64,000 bases of DNA from contig CAWBAN010000003.1 of assembly GCA_963786935.1 (NCBI GenBank), positions 160,001 through 224,000 on the forward strand, in the 5' to 3' direction. The notes under the pieces are model-generated. The model was given only the letters and a program-made list of their open reading frames with translations, searched no databases and was not told where the DNA came from. The translations under genes and the position numbers were made by a program. Shown one piece after another: positions 27,430 through 36,625 of this stretch (position 1 is the first letter of the stretch; the number at the start of each line of letters is the position of its first letter). Source of the DNA: an uncultured bacterium (GTDB taxonomy: Bacteria > Krumholzibacteriota > Krumholzibacteriia > Krumholzibacteriales > Krumholzibacteriaceae).

Positions 27430-27975
27430 ATGAGGGCTGCAATTATCGCAACGTTGGTTCTTCTGCTTCCGGCTGCTCTGTTCGCCGGTCCGACGATGGG
27501 GATCTACTTCACGTACACGCCGGGCCAGATGACCTATAGCCCGAATCTTAATGAGATGTTCACTGCGTATGTCTACGCGCAGAACAGCGCGTGCTATCTC
27601 ACTGGCGCAGAATTCGAGATCTGCTACCCGCCGGGCGTTTTTGAGCTTGGATGGGAAGTCCCCCCGGGCAGCCTTACGCTCGGTTCCGGCCCCGACACGG
27701 GTATTGCAATAGCCTATTGGCCGCCCATGGACGGCTGGAATCCCGGCTACAACCTGCTCTGCACGCTCCATCTATTCGCGGCAATGGGATGCGGCGAGGG
27801 CGGCATGCTCGACGCGCCTATTGCGATCGTCATGCATCACGAAACAGGGCTCATCCAGGGCAGCTGCTTCCCCGAGAACACCCTGTTTGAGTTCACGGGC
27901 CTGGAATCGATCATCTGCCCGGGCTGTGTTGGTACTGAGGAAACGAACTGGGGCGCGATCAAGAGCCTCTTCTAA
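27430..27975 (+). CDS. Secreted beta-rich protein with C-terminal EETNWGAIKSLF tail, paralog 2
   Basis: Nearly the same signal peptide, the WPPMDGWNPGYNLL block, and the same tail as 26578..27126. Confidence 0.88.
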   Translation: MRAAIIATLVLLLPAALFAGPTMGIYFTYTPGQMTYSPNLNEMFTAYVYAQNSACYLTGAEFEICYPPGVFELGWEVPPGSLTLGSGPDTGIAIAYWPPMDGWNPGYNLLCTLHLFAAMGCGEGGMLDAPIAIVMHHETGLIQGSCFPENTLFEFTGLESIICPGCVGTEETNWGAIKSLF

Positions 27976-28001
27976 GAGCGGGAAAATCGCTTGTCCCGAC
28001 G

Positions 28002-28031
28002 AGCCGGGCGCCCGAGGCGCCCGGCTTTTTT
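28002..28031 (+). terminator. Intrinsic terminator
   Basis: Identical hairpin to 27153, followed by a T run. Confidence 0.9.
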
Positions 28032-28078
28032 ATTGTTGGTGCCTTTCGGCCCGCTGTGTCAATATAGCGGCACCTATC

Positions 28079-29170
28079 ATGAAAGCCCGACGCGCACTTC
28101 TCATCGGCCCCTACCCGCCTCCGATCGGCGGGGATACGGTGCTCACGCTCAACGTCTCGCGCAGCCCGTACTGGCACGAGAGCGGCATCGGGATCGAGCG
28201 CGTCGACACGTCGCCCGGGGGGCGGATCAGTGTGCCCGACGAGAAGATCACGGCGTCGGACATCGCGCGCGGCGCGCGCATTTTCCTCGAATTCGCCGTC
28301 AGGATGCCTCGCTGCGGCGCGGTCATGCTGTGGGCGAACAGCCGGTTCCTCGTGACGGAGGGGCTCGCGATCATCGTGTGGTCGCGCCTCTGGGGGAAGC
28401 CGGTCTTCGTGAAGATGTTCGGCTCCTATCTCGCCGCCAGAATCCGCGGCATTCCGCGGCCGTGGCGGGGATTCGTCGTCCGGGTGCTCGGGATGGCGGA
28501 CTGCGTTTTCGCGGAGACGCGCGCGCTCGGCCGGGATCTCGTCGGGGAAAGCCGGCTCGCGGAGGACCGGGTCGTCGTGCTTCCCAACTTTCTCGCCGGC
28601 GGATCTCCCGCGCCTCCCCGCGCCCCGAAACCGTTCTCCGGAAAGTGCGTGTTCTTCGGCCACATCAAGCGGGAGAAGGGGGTCTTCGATATCCTCGAAG
28701 CGCTCGGAGACGAGCCGGGCGCGAGCTGCGACTTCTACGGTCCCCTGCTCGAGCGCGATCGCGAAGCGTTCCTCGCGGCGGTCGCGGCGCGGGACAACCT
28801 CTCGTACCGGGGCACGGTCGAGCCGGGGCTCGTCAGCCTCGTCGCGGCGGGCTATGACACGCTCCTGCTTCCGACCTACCACGTGAGCGAAGGGTATCCG
28901 GCCGTCATTCTCGAAGCGTACGCCGCCGGCATCCCGGTCATCGCGACCGAGTGGCTCGCGCTCCCCGAGATCGTGGAGGACGGCGCGCGCGGCATCCTCG
29001 TGCCCGTTCGCTCCCCCGCGAAGATCCGCAAGGCCGTCCGCCGGCTCGCCGCCGACGATCGTCTCTACGCGTCGATGTGCGCGAACGCGCTCGCGTTCTC
29101 CGCGAATTTTTCGGAGCAGGCGGTTATCGGCGGGATCCTCGTGCCGCGCGTGGCGCGCGTCTTTCGATAG
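28079..29170 (+). CDS. Glycosyltransferase family 4 (GT-B)
   Basis: GPYPPPIGG, FFGHIKREKG, LLPTY..EGYPAVILEAYAAGIPVIAT...PEIVEDG. Confidence 0.9.
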   Translation: MKARRALLIGPYPPPIGGDTVLTLNVSRSPYWHESGIGIERVDTSPGGRISVPDEKITASDIARGARIFLEFAVRMPRCGAVMLWANSRFLVTEGLAIIVWSRLWGKPVFVKMFGSYLAARIRGIPRPWRGFVVRVLGMADCVFAETRALGRDLVGESRLAEDRVVVLPNFLAGGSPAPPRAPKPFSGKCVFFGHIKREKGVFDILEALGDEPGASCDFYGPLLERDREAFLAAVAARDNLSYRGTVEPGLVSLVAAGYDTLLLPTYHVSEGYPAVILEAYAAGIPVIATEWLALPEIVEDGARGILVPVRSPAKIRKAVRRLAADDRLYASMCANALAFSANFSEQAVIGGILVPRVARVFR

Positions 29171-29203
29171 ACTGAATTCCCCCGGCAGGCCTTCGTTCGC
29201 CTC

Positions 29204-31690
29204 TCAGCGGAGCAGCACGGCCTTGCGCGTGATCGCCGCGTCGCCCGTCCTCAGAACGTAGAAATAGACGCCGCTCGAGAGCCCCTCCGGCCGCCACGTG
29301 ACGGCGTGCGGCCCCGCCGCCGCGCGGCCCCGCGCGAGGACGGCGACCGACTGGCCCGCCGCGTCGTAGACCCTCAGATCGACGTCCGCGTCCCGGGCGA
29401 GGGCATAGCGGATCACGGTCGAGGGATTGAACGGATTGGGGGCGTTCTGCTCGAGCGCCGCGAGCGGCGCCGGGAGCTCCCCGGCGTGCGTCGTCTCGAG
29501 GATCGAGAGCGTGTCGCGGTACACGGAGCGGTCGTGCGCCACGACGTCGAGCTCGATCGCGGCGATCGAATCGGGCAGCGCCGTGAACCGCGCGAGATCG
29601 ATATGACCGGTCCCGTCCGCCGAGCCTCTGCCGTAGCAGACGCCGTCGTGGTACAGGCAGGCGATCGCGCCGGCCGCGCCCGTTTCGAGCTCGATCCCCG
29701 CGGCGTACCGGCCGATGCCGGCGGGGTGCGTGACGGCGAGCGGTCCGGGCGCGTCGGTCCATCCGTCGAGGGCCGGATCGCCGAGGAGGTTCGATTCGTA
29801 GAAGCACCATCTCACCGCGCCGGGCTCCCATTCGTCCGGAAGGTCGAGGTACGGCGCCGTCTCGTCCTTCGATCGCGCATGCGCGGCGCCGAGCGTCGTG
29901 TACCCCTCGGTGAAGACGGCGTCGAAGAACTCGCGCATGAGGTGAATCGAAGGGCCGTTCGTCGTCCCCTCGGTGAACCATCCGTAGCGGGAGTTGCAGA
30001 CGAACGCGACGGCGCAATGATTGACGAGAACCATCTGCTCGGCGATACAGTCGGCCGTCTCGTACGCGCCGTAGGGATCGCGGTTGTCGAACGAGCCCGG
30101 GTAGCATCCGGTCGAGCAGATGATGGGGAAGTTCGCGCCGACGCCGTCGTTGAGGAACAAGGCGTCGGTGACGTCGCTCCGCTGGAGGCGCATGACGTAT
30201 CCCTGATTCGAGTGGCCGGCATGGGCGACCCAGTTCGTGCCGGCGTTGAACCCGTTCATGACCGCCGTCTTGTTCCACACGAGCGTCCGGTCGTACTGCC
30301 GCACGATCGAGAAGCCCGTCGGGATCCCGCCCGTCGTGAAGCCGTTGTCGCTCTTCGCGCCGACGAGCAGCTCCATCTCGTCGTCGCCGTAGGTGAGGGG
30401 ATCGTTCCAGAGCTTCTCGCCGAGGAGCAATGCGCGCCGCGTCTCGGCGGCGACGGGCGTTTCCTGATAGGCGATCGTTTTACTGATGAATGCGGCGGCT
30501 TCGTCCGGCGTGTCCACGGGGGCGCGGCCGACGGCGACCTCGGAGTACGGATCGTCCTCGCCGGGCTCGCCCCAGCGCGCGTCGCCGTCCGTGTTCCAGG
30601 TGCCGTCGAGCGCGGCGAAATAGAGATCGCCGGGCATATTCTCGTCCGTGTACAGCTCGGAGGAATGGACCTCCCCGTAGAGGCCGCGGTACGGGACGAT
30701 CTTGGGGGCTCCGGTCGCGCCGTCCCAATCGCCGGCGAGGAGCACGTGCGTGAGGCCGTGCTGGATGTACGCGGTCGTGATGGCGTTTCTGATCCGTTCG
30801 GCCGCGTCCGCGCCGCCGTAACCGCTCGTGATCTCTTCGACGGTCATGATCCGCGCCCGGAGGCCGCGGCGCGTGTGGAAATTCTCGAGCGGGATAAAAG
30901 CGTCGGCGAGCCCGGCGGACGTGACGATGAGATATTCGAAGTCGCCCGGGGAATCGGCGAGCCGCGTGGCCCGTCCCCCGTAGGCGGACAGGTCGCCGGG
31001 ATTGCCGACGACGCGCGACACGCGCTCCGCCGTCTCCGGATCGGTGCGCAGGAGCCGGAGCGCCTCGCGCGCCTCGTCGCTCGGCGCCGTCTCGATCACG
31101 ACGTCGATCGTTTCGTAATAGCCCGTCTCCCCGGTCGCGGGGAGGTAGCCGAGCGGGCACACCGCGCCGGATGCGATCGCGTGCCCGCGCAGGTAGCCCG
31201 TTCTGAACGGCGCATCGGGAGGATACACCCATTCGGTCGCCGCGTAGGCGGCGGCGTTGTAGAGGAAGCGCCCCTTCGCGCCGTCGAGCGCCATGCCCGG
31301 GACGACCGCCTGGGCGGGATGGAGCCTGCGCGAGCCGCCGATGAGCCGCCAGCCGCCGCGGATCGTCCGCACGCTCGCGATCGATTCTCCCGGGGGGAGA
31401 AGGGCCCGGACGCCGCGGAAGGGATAGCTCGGCTCGCCGGGCTTGCCGGCCTGCACGGTCGCCGGAAACACGGCCCGCGTGAATCCGCCGGGGAGCGTTT
31501 CGATGCGCGGGGAAGCGAAGGAAACCGTGAGCCGCACGGTGGCGCACTCGGCGGTGAGCGCGAAAGAAACCGCGGCGATCGAGACCGCCGCGAAGGCGGC
31601 GCAGAGACGCGCGCGCGCGGATGCGCCGGCGATCGACGCGCGGGCGGACACGCGGACAAACGCGAACGGGGATCCTCGCAGAGCGTTCAT
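29204..31690 (-). CDS. C25 (gingipain-like) cysteine peptidase with propeptide and FlgD-Ig/T9SS-like CTD
   Basis: GKPGEPSYP propeptide, EYLIVT, VLLAGD, DLYFAALDG, VAVGRAP, HAGHS, TGCYPG, NLLGDPAL; QNAPNPFNP...SGVYFY...RKAVLLR. Confidence 0.9.
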   Translation of the reverse strand: MNALRGSPFAFVRVSARASIAGASARARLCAAFAAVSIAAVSFALTAECATVRLTVSFASPRIETLPGGFTRAVFPATVQAGKPGEPSYPFRGVRALLPPGESIASVRTIRGGWRLIGGSRRLHPAQAVVPGMALDGAKGRFLYNAAAYAATEWVYPPDAPFRTGYLRGHAIASGAVCPLGYLPATGETGYYETIDVVIETAPSDEAREALRLLRTDPETAERVSRVVGNPGDLSAYGGRATRLADSPGDFEYLIVTSAGLADAFIPLENFHTRRGLRARIMTVEEITSGYGGADAAERIRNAITTAYIQHGLTHVLLAGDWDGATGAPKIVPYRGLYGEVHSSELYTDENMPGDLYFAALDGTWNTDGDARWGEPGEDDPYSEVAVGRAPVDTPDEAAAFISKTIAYQETPVAAETRRALLLGEKLWNDPLTYGDDEMELLVGAKSDNGFTTGGIPTGFSIVRQYDRTLVWNKTAVMNGFNAGTNWVAHAGHSNQGYVMRLQRSDVTDALFLNDGVGANFPIICSTGCYPGSFDNRDPYGAYETADCIAEQMVLVNHCAVAFVCNSRYGWFTEGTTNGPSIHLMREFFDAVFTEGYTTLGAAHARSKDETAPYLDLPDEWEPGAVRWCFYESNLLGDPALDGWTDAPGPLAVTHPAGIGRYAAGIELETGAAGAIACLYHDGVCYGRGSADGTGHIDLARFTALPDSIAAIELDVVAHDRSVYRDTLSILETTHAGELPAPLAALEQNAPNPFNPSTVIRYALARDADVDLRVYDAAGQSVAVLARGRAAAGPHAVTWRPEGLSSGVYFYVLRTGDAAITRKAVLLR

Positions 31691-31730
31691 GCACATCCTC
31701 CAGGTTGCGGAGACGTCGCTCGATGTCGAA

Positions 31731-34184
31731 TCATCGGAGAAGTACGAGCTTGCGCGTCTGTATCTCGTCCCCGAATTTCAGCACGCAGAAATAGATGCCC
31801 GACGAGACGCTCCGCCCATCCCGGTCGTCGCCGTTCCACCGGACGCTGTGCGCCCCTTGGGTCATCCGCGTCTCGCGCAGCGTCTTGACGAGCTCGCCGC
31901 GCACGCCGTAGATCCGCACGCTCACGATGCCGTCCGCCGGAAGGTAGAAGGGGATCCACGTCGTCGGGTTGAACGGATTCGGGTAGTTCTGGTCGAGGAG
32001 AACGCGCGGCGGCGCGTCGCCCCGCGCCATGTCGTCGACGGCGGACGGGACCCCGACGGCATTGAGGATCCGGAGCTTCCCCCATCCCCACGTGTCGTTG
32101 TACACGCCACCCGTGAAGGCGTCCGTCGCCGCGTTCGACGTGAGGAGGAGGGCGACGTCCTTCATCGTCGCGAACGGGTACTTCTGCTGCACGAGCGCGC
32201 ACGCGGCGGCCACGTGCGGCCCCGCTGCGCTCGTGCCGCTGAACTGGCGGTAGCTGCCGAGCGGATATCCGGCGCCCACCGAGGACATTGTCGAGTAGAC
32301 GTCGTAGTTCCCCGGCGAGACGATGTCGAGGAGGTGCCTGCCGTCGATGCGCGTGCCGCGTCCGCTGAAGGCGCTGATCTGTCCCGGAGGGATCGTGCCT
32401 CCCCCGACGCCGTTATAGCCCTCGAAGCCGCGGGTCGAATACGAGCCGTTCACGAAGGCGCCGTCGGCCGTCGCCGGCCACGTGACGTTCCGGTCGTTCG
32501 AATAGAAGTTCAGGAACTCGGCGCCGCCGGCCCACGAGGACACGTCGTCGGCGACGTTGGCGATGACCTCGATCGACGCGCCCGACGTATTGACCACGTG
32601 GAGTTCCCAGGTGCCGGTGAGGCTCGGATTCGTGTCGTAATCGACGTAGATATTCATCGCGTTCGTGCCCCGCGGGCTCGTCGACGCTTCCGACCAGACG
32701 TAGTATCCGTTGACGAGCTGCGAGCCGCCTTCGAGCGTTATCATGCCGCCCTTCGGGCTCTTCAGGCGGAAGGTGAGGTCGGCGAGGGACGTGCGCCAGA
32801 GCGTCGTGCCGTACATGCCGAGGATGCTTGTGCCGCCCACGATCGGCACCGTAATCTGCAGCACCGCCGAATCGGCCGCCGCCGCCGTTGCGATCGCGTG
32901 CTTGCGGCCGCGGGCGAGGTTCCCCGAGGGGGTCACCTGAATGACCGTGTCGTTCATGGCCGTGATGAGCTCCTCGTCGAGCGAGGAGCCGTCGAGATAA
33001 TCCCACACGAAGCCGCCGAACTCGTAGAGCATGACGTTCGCGCCGCGCGAGCGCGCCCAAGGAATGAGCGCTGAGATCGGATTGCCCGAGAAGTAGTATC
33101 CCATGAGGATCTCGGCTTCGGGGGCGATCCCCGTGAACCGGTGACGGCCGACCGTCCCGCCGGCGAGGATGCCGGAGACCGCGGTGCCGTGCCCGTTCGT
33201 GTCGGATTCGTTGTTGATGAGATCGACGCCGCGCCGGCGTTCGACCGCGCCCGTCGTCATCGTCGCGTAGATTTTCGAGGTCCCGAGCGCGACGAGCTTC
33301 TCGCCGTAATCGAGCACCCCGTCGCCGTCGTCGTCGAGCGCGATGAACAACCGCTCGCCGTACGTCGGGGTGCTCTCCGTGAAGCCGGCGGCCGTGCCGT
33401 AGTCGCGCTTGGAGTCTTGATCGGCGTCGTTGTAGAGCCAATCCCAGTACGTCTGGCAGCCGTTGCCCGAGTTGCTCGGATAGCCGGTGCCCCAGACGAG
33501 CGCCGGATCGTATATCCACCCGTCGAAGTGCTGCAGTTTCTCGTTCGGATCGGCGACGTCGTTCCGGTTGAGGTCGACGCAGTCGATGCCCGGCGAGTAC
33601 GTGAGGTCCATATCGTAATCGATCCAGCTGAACGTGTCGCCGTCGGCGCGGAAGAAGGAAGGATGAAAAACGTCGATGCCGGTGTCGAAATCGGAGATGC
33701 GCATTCCTGTGCCGGTGAGGGGATTCCCGAGGGGATCGATTTCGCGCCACGCCGAATCCGCCTCGATCTCGTGGGCGCTCACGTCGAGCGCCGGAAAGAC
33801 GGCCGGTCTCCACGCCGCTTCCATTCTCATAAGATCGGGGCGCGCGGCGACGGCGTCGATGCCGTCCCAGGGGACGCTCGCCGCGTACACGGGCCCCGTG
33901 TGGGCGACCGCGCCGTCGATTCTGAAGAAGGACGTCCCCCGCGTTTCGAGCGCCGCGATTTCGGCGCCGGAGAGGACGTGGTCGAATTTCATGGTGACGG
34001 AAGCCCTCTCGGCCGCCGCCGCGGCGAGCGCGGACCTCCGGCCGTCCTCCTTCGCGAGCCCCGCGGCCCTCGCGTGACGCAGGAACTTCAGAGACGTATT
34101 GAGCTTGGAGTCTTCCGCGTGGAGAGCATTCGCGAGAAGGATGATGGAGAGGAGCGCGACGGCCAGATTCCGCATGAGCCTCAC
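31731..34184 (-). CDS. Secreted S8 serine peptidase with large insertions and FlgD-Ig/T9SS-like CTD
   Basis: DFDTGID, NGHGTAVSGIL, GIAPEA, FSGTSAAGPHVAA, WGWGKL; QNYPNPFNP...SGIYFC. Start uncertain (34175, 34184 or 34202). Confidence 0.88.
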   Translation of the reverse strand: MRLMRNLAVALLSIILLANALHAEDSKLNTSLKFLRHARAAGLAKEDGRRSALAAAAAERASVTMKFDHVLSGAEIAALETRGTSFFRIDGAVAHTGPVYAASVPWDGIDAVAARPDLMRMEAAWRPAVFPALDVSAHEIEADSAWREIDPLGNPLTGTGMRISDFDTGIDVFHPSFFRADGDTFSWIDYDMDLTYSPGIDCVDLNRNDVADPNEKLQHFDGWIYDPALVWGTGYPSNSGNGCQTYWDWLYNDADQDSKRDYGTAAGFTESTPTYGERLFIALDDDGDGVLDYGEKLVALGTSKIYATMTTGAVERRRGVDLINNESDTNGHGTAVSGILAGGTVGRHRFTGIAPEAEILMGYYFSGNPISALIPWARSRGANVMLYEFGGFVWDYLDGSSLDEELITAMNDTVIQVTPSGNLARGRKHAIATAAAADSAVLQITVPIVGGTSILGMYGTTLWRTSLADLTFRLKSPKGGMITLEGGSQLVNGYYVWSEASTSPRGTNAMNIYVDYDTNPSLTGTWELHVVNTSGASIEVIANVADDVSSWAGGAEFLNFYSNDRNVTWPATADGAFVNGSYSTRGFEGYNGVGGGTIPPGQISAFSGRGTRIDGRHLLDIVSPGNYDVYSTMSSVGAGYPLGSYRQFSGTSAAGPHVAAACALVQQKYPFATMKDVALLLTSNAATDAFTGGVYNDTWGWGKLRILNAVGVPSAVDDMARGDAPPRVLLDQNYPNPFNPTTWIPFYLPADGIVSVRIYGVRGELVKTLRETRMTQGAHSVRWNGDDRDGRSVSSGIYFCVLKFGDEIQTRKLVLLR

Positions 34185-34296
34185 AGGATCCCCCTTTTTC
34201 ATTCCGGCTTCTGCGACCGAATTAAATATGATATTATCTCGATTAATTATACTAGATTCCGGGCGTTTTCGTAAGTTCGAAAAGGAGGGGATCGCG

Positions 34297-34908
34297 ATGA
34301 AGGTCAACGTAATATTCTACAGCCTGTACGGCCACATCTACCTGCTCGCGGAGGCGATCGCCGAAGGGGCGCGCGAGGCGCAGGGCGCCGATGTGGCGCT
34401 CTATCAGGTGAGCGAGACCTTCTCCGCGGAGGTGCTGGCGAAGATGGGCGCGGTCGAAGCGAAGAAGGCGTTCGCGCACGTTCCGATCGCCGAAATGCGG
34501 AATCTCGCGGAGGCCGATTGTATCTTCTTCGGCGCGCCGACGCGCTTCGGAATGATGCCGGCGCAGATGCGGGCGTTTCTCGACCAAACCGGCGGGCTCT
34601 GGTCGAAGAACGCTCTCGTCGGCAAGGTGGGGAGCGTGTTCACGTCGAGCGCGACGCAGCACGGCGGCCAGGAGTCGACGATCCTCAGCTTTCACACGAC
34701 GCTTCTCCATCACGGGATGGTCATCGTCGGCTGCCCGTACTCGGAGAAGCGGCTCTCGGATGTCGGCGAGATGAGCGGCGGCACGCCCTACGGCGCCTCG
34801 ACGATCGCGGGGCCGGGCGGGAGCAGGCTGCCCTCCGAGAACGAGCTCGCCATCGCCCGCTATCAGGGCAGGTTCGCCGCGTCGATCGCGGCGAAGCTCG
34901 CGGGGTAA
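34297..34908 (+). CDS. wrbA: NAD(P)H:quinone oxidoreductase WrbA
   Basis: FYSLYGH, GAPTRFG, DQTGGLW, TQHGGQEST, GGTPYGAST; AAAGGAGGGG RBS. Confidence 0.95.
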   Translation: MKVNVIFYSLYGHIYLLAEAIAEGAREAQGADVALYQVSETFSAEVLAKMGAVEAKKAFAHVPIAEMRNLAEADCIFFGAPTRFGMMPAQMRAFLDQTGGLWSKNALVGKVGSVFTSSATQHGGQESTILSFHTTLLHHGMVIVGCPYSEKRLSDVGEMSGGTPYGASTIAGPGGSRLPSENELAIARYQGRFAASIAAKLAG

Positions 34909-34909
34909 A

Positions 34910-36433
34910 TCAGCCCAGCTCCCCGATCTCTTTCTCCACCTCGTCGAGGATCTCGCACGACTTCACGAGCTCTTTCATGCGGGTGTGATCCGGGTAGAGG
35001 GGACGGTCGATGTCGAGGAACTTCACGTAGCGCCGGATGACCTCTTTCGCCTTCGCCGTGCCGCGGCCGGGCTTGAACTCCCTGAAATCGAGCGCCTGCG
35101 CCGCCGCCATGAACTCGATCCCGAGGATGCCGTAGGCGTTGTCGAGAATCTGGAAGTTCTTGATCGCCGTGTTCATGCCCATCGAGACGAAATCCTCCTG
35201 ATCCGCCGCGGCCGGGATCGACTGGATCGAGGCCGGCGCCGAGAGGATCCGCTGCTCGACGATCTGCATGTCGGCGGTGTACTGGCTCAGCATGAGTCCG
35301 GAGAACATGCCGGCCCCCTTCGTGAGGAAGGCGGGGAGCCCGACGCTGAGGGCGGGATTGTTGAGCCGGTTCATCCGTCGCTCGCTCATGACGCTCACCA
35401 TCGTGACGGCGGCGCCGATCATGTCCATCGGGAGGCTCACCGGCGAGCCCTGGAAGTTCGCGCCGGAGATGGTGAGGTTCTTCTCCGCGAAAAAGATCGG
35501 ATTGTCGCCGACGCCGTTGAGCTCGATCTCGACCTGCGACCGGGCCCACGCGACGGCGTCGTGGGCCGCGCCGATCACCTGCGGCGTCGAGCGCATCGAG
35601 TAGGCGTCCTGCACCTTCGTCTTCGCCTTGCCCAGAACGACGTCCCCGCCGTCGACGACCTTCAGGATCGATTTCGCCGAGCGGATGGCGCCGGGGAAGC
35701 CGCGCACCTCGTGGAGGAGCGGCGTGTAGGGCTTCATGTTCGCGATGAGCGCTTCGAGCGTCATCCCCGCGGCGATCTCCGCCTGCTTGAGCCAGCGGTT
35801 CGTGTCGTAGAGCATGAGGCCGCTCATGGCGGTGAGGAGGTTCGAGCCGTTGATCGCGGCGAGGCCGTCGCGCGCCTCGAGCCCGGGGATCTTGATCCCC
35901 GCGCGGCGCATCGCCTCGGCGCCCTCGAGGAGCTCGCCGTTATAGTACGCTCGTCCCTCCCCGAGGAGGAGGAGCGCGATCTGGGACATCGGGGCGAGGT
36001 CCCCCGAGGCGCCGACCGAGCCCTTCTGGCAGACGAACGGGACGACACCCTTGTTGAGCATTTCCGCGTACGTGAGCGCGATCTCGGGGCGGTTTCCCGA
36101 GCGCCCCTTCGAAAGAACGTTGATGCGCCCGGCCATCGCGGCGCGCACGTACTCGAGCGGGGCGGGATCGCCGATCCCGGCCGCGTGGTTGTATATGAGA
36201 TATCTCTGGAAATCCTTGATCTGGTCGTCGTTCAGGACGACCTCGGAGAATTCGCCGATGCCCGTGTTCACGCCGTACATGATCTCATGCGCGACGATCT
36301 TCTTCTCGAGCATGGCTCGGCAGGTCTTCATGCGCTCGATCGCCTCGGGGGCGATCTCCACCTTCTCGCCGTGTCGAGCGATCCGTACGAGCTTCTCGAT
36401 GGTGAGCCCGGTGCCGTCGAGGATGATAGCCAA
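34910..36433 (-). CDS. hutH: MIO-dependent aromatic amino acid ammonia-lyase, most likely histidine ammonia-lyase
   Basis: YGVNTG, GSVGASGDLAP (ASG/MIO), QDAYSMR, GANFQG, QEDFVSMG; TTG start after GGGAGG. Confidence 0.8.
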   Translation of the reverse strand: MAIILDGTGLTIEKLVRIARHGEKVEIAPEAIERMKTCRAMLEKKIVAHEIMYGVNTGIGEFSEVVLNDDQIKDFQRYLIYNHAAGIGDPAPLEYVRAAMAGRINVLSKGRSGNRPEIALTYAEMLNKGVVPFVCQKGSVGASGDLAPMSQIALLLLGEGRAYYNGELLEGAEAMRRAGIKIPGLEARDGLAAINGSNLLTAMSGLMLYDTNRWLKQAEIAAGMTLEALIANMKPYTPLLHEVRGFPGAIRSAKSILKVVDGGDVVLGKAKTKVQDAYSMRSTPQVIGAAHDAVAWARSQVEIELNGVGDNPIFFAEKNLTISGANFQGSPVSLPMDMIGAAVTMVSVMSERRMNRLNNPALSVGLPAFLTKGAGMFSGLMLSQYTADMQIVEQRILSAPASIQSIPAAADQEDFVSMGMNTAIKNFQILDNAYGILGIEFMAAAQALDFREFKPGRGTAKAKEVIRRYVKFLDIDRPLYPDHTRMKELVKSCEILDEVEKEIGELG

Positions 36434-36625
36434 TGCGACCTCCCTGATAATCGGTGATCAATCGGGCATGTGCGAATGCCCGGCGCGTAAAATTGATACT
36501 ACTAGATATGCAATATTTGCCCGGCGCTGTCCACAAGAAAGGAGGCGTCGATATCATAATACATTGTATTATAAATAGTTATATAATGGCTCTCTCGGGG
36601 AAGGGATGGGAGGGAGGAGGGAACG

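Noticed and set aside
27088..28031. Direct repeats as a CRISPR array, attC cassettes or IS ends
   Set aside because: Only two copies, overlapping coding sequence and terminators; no cas, integrase or transposase in the window.
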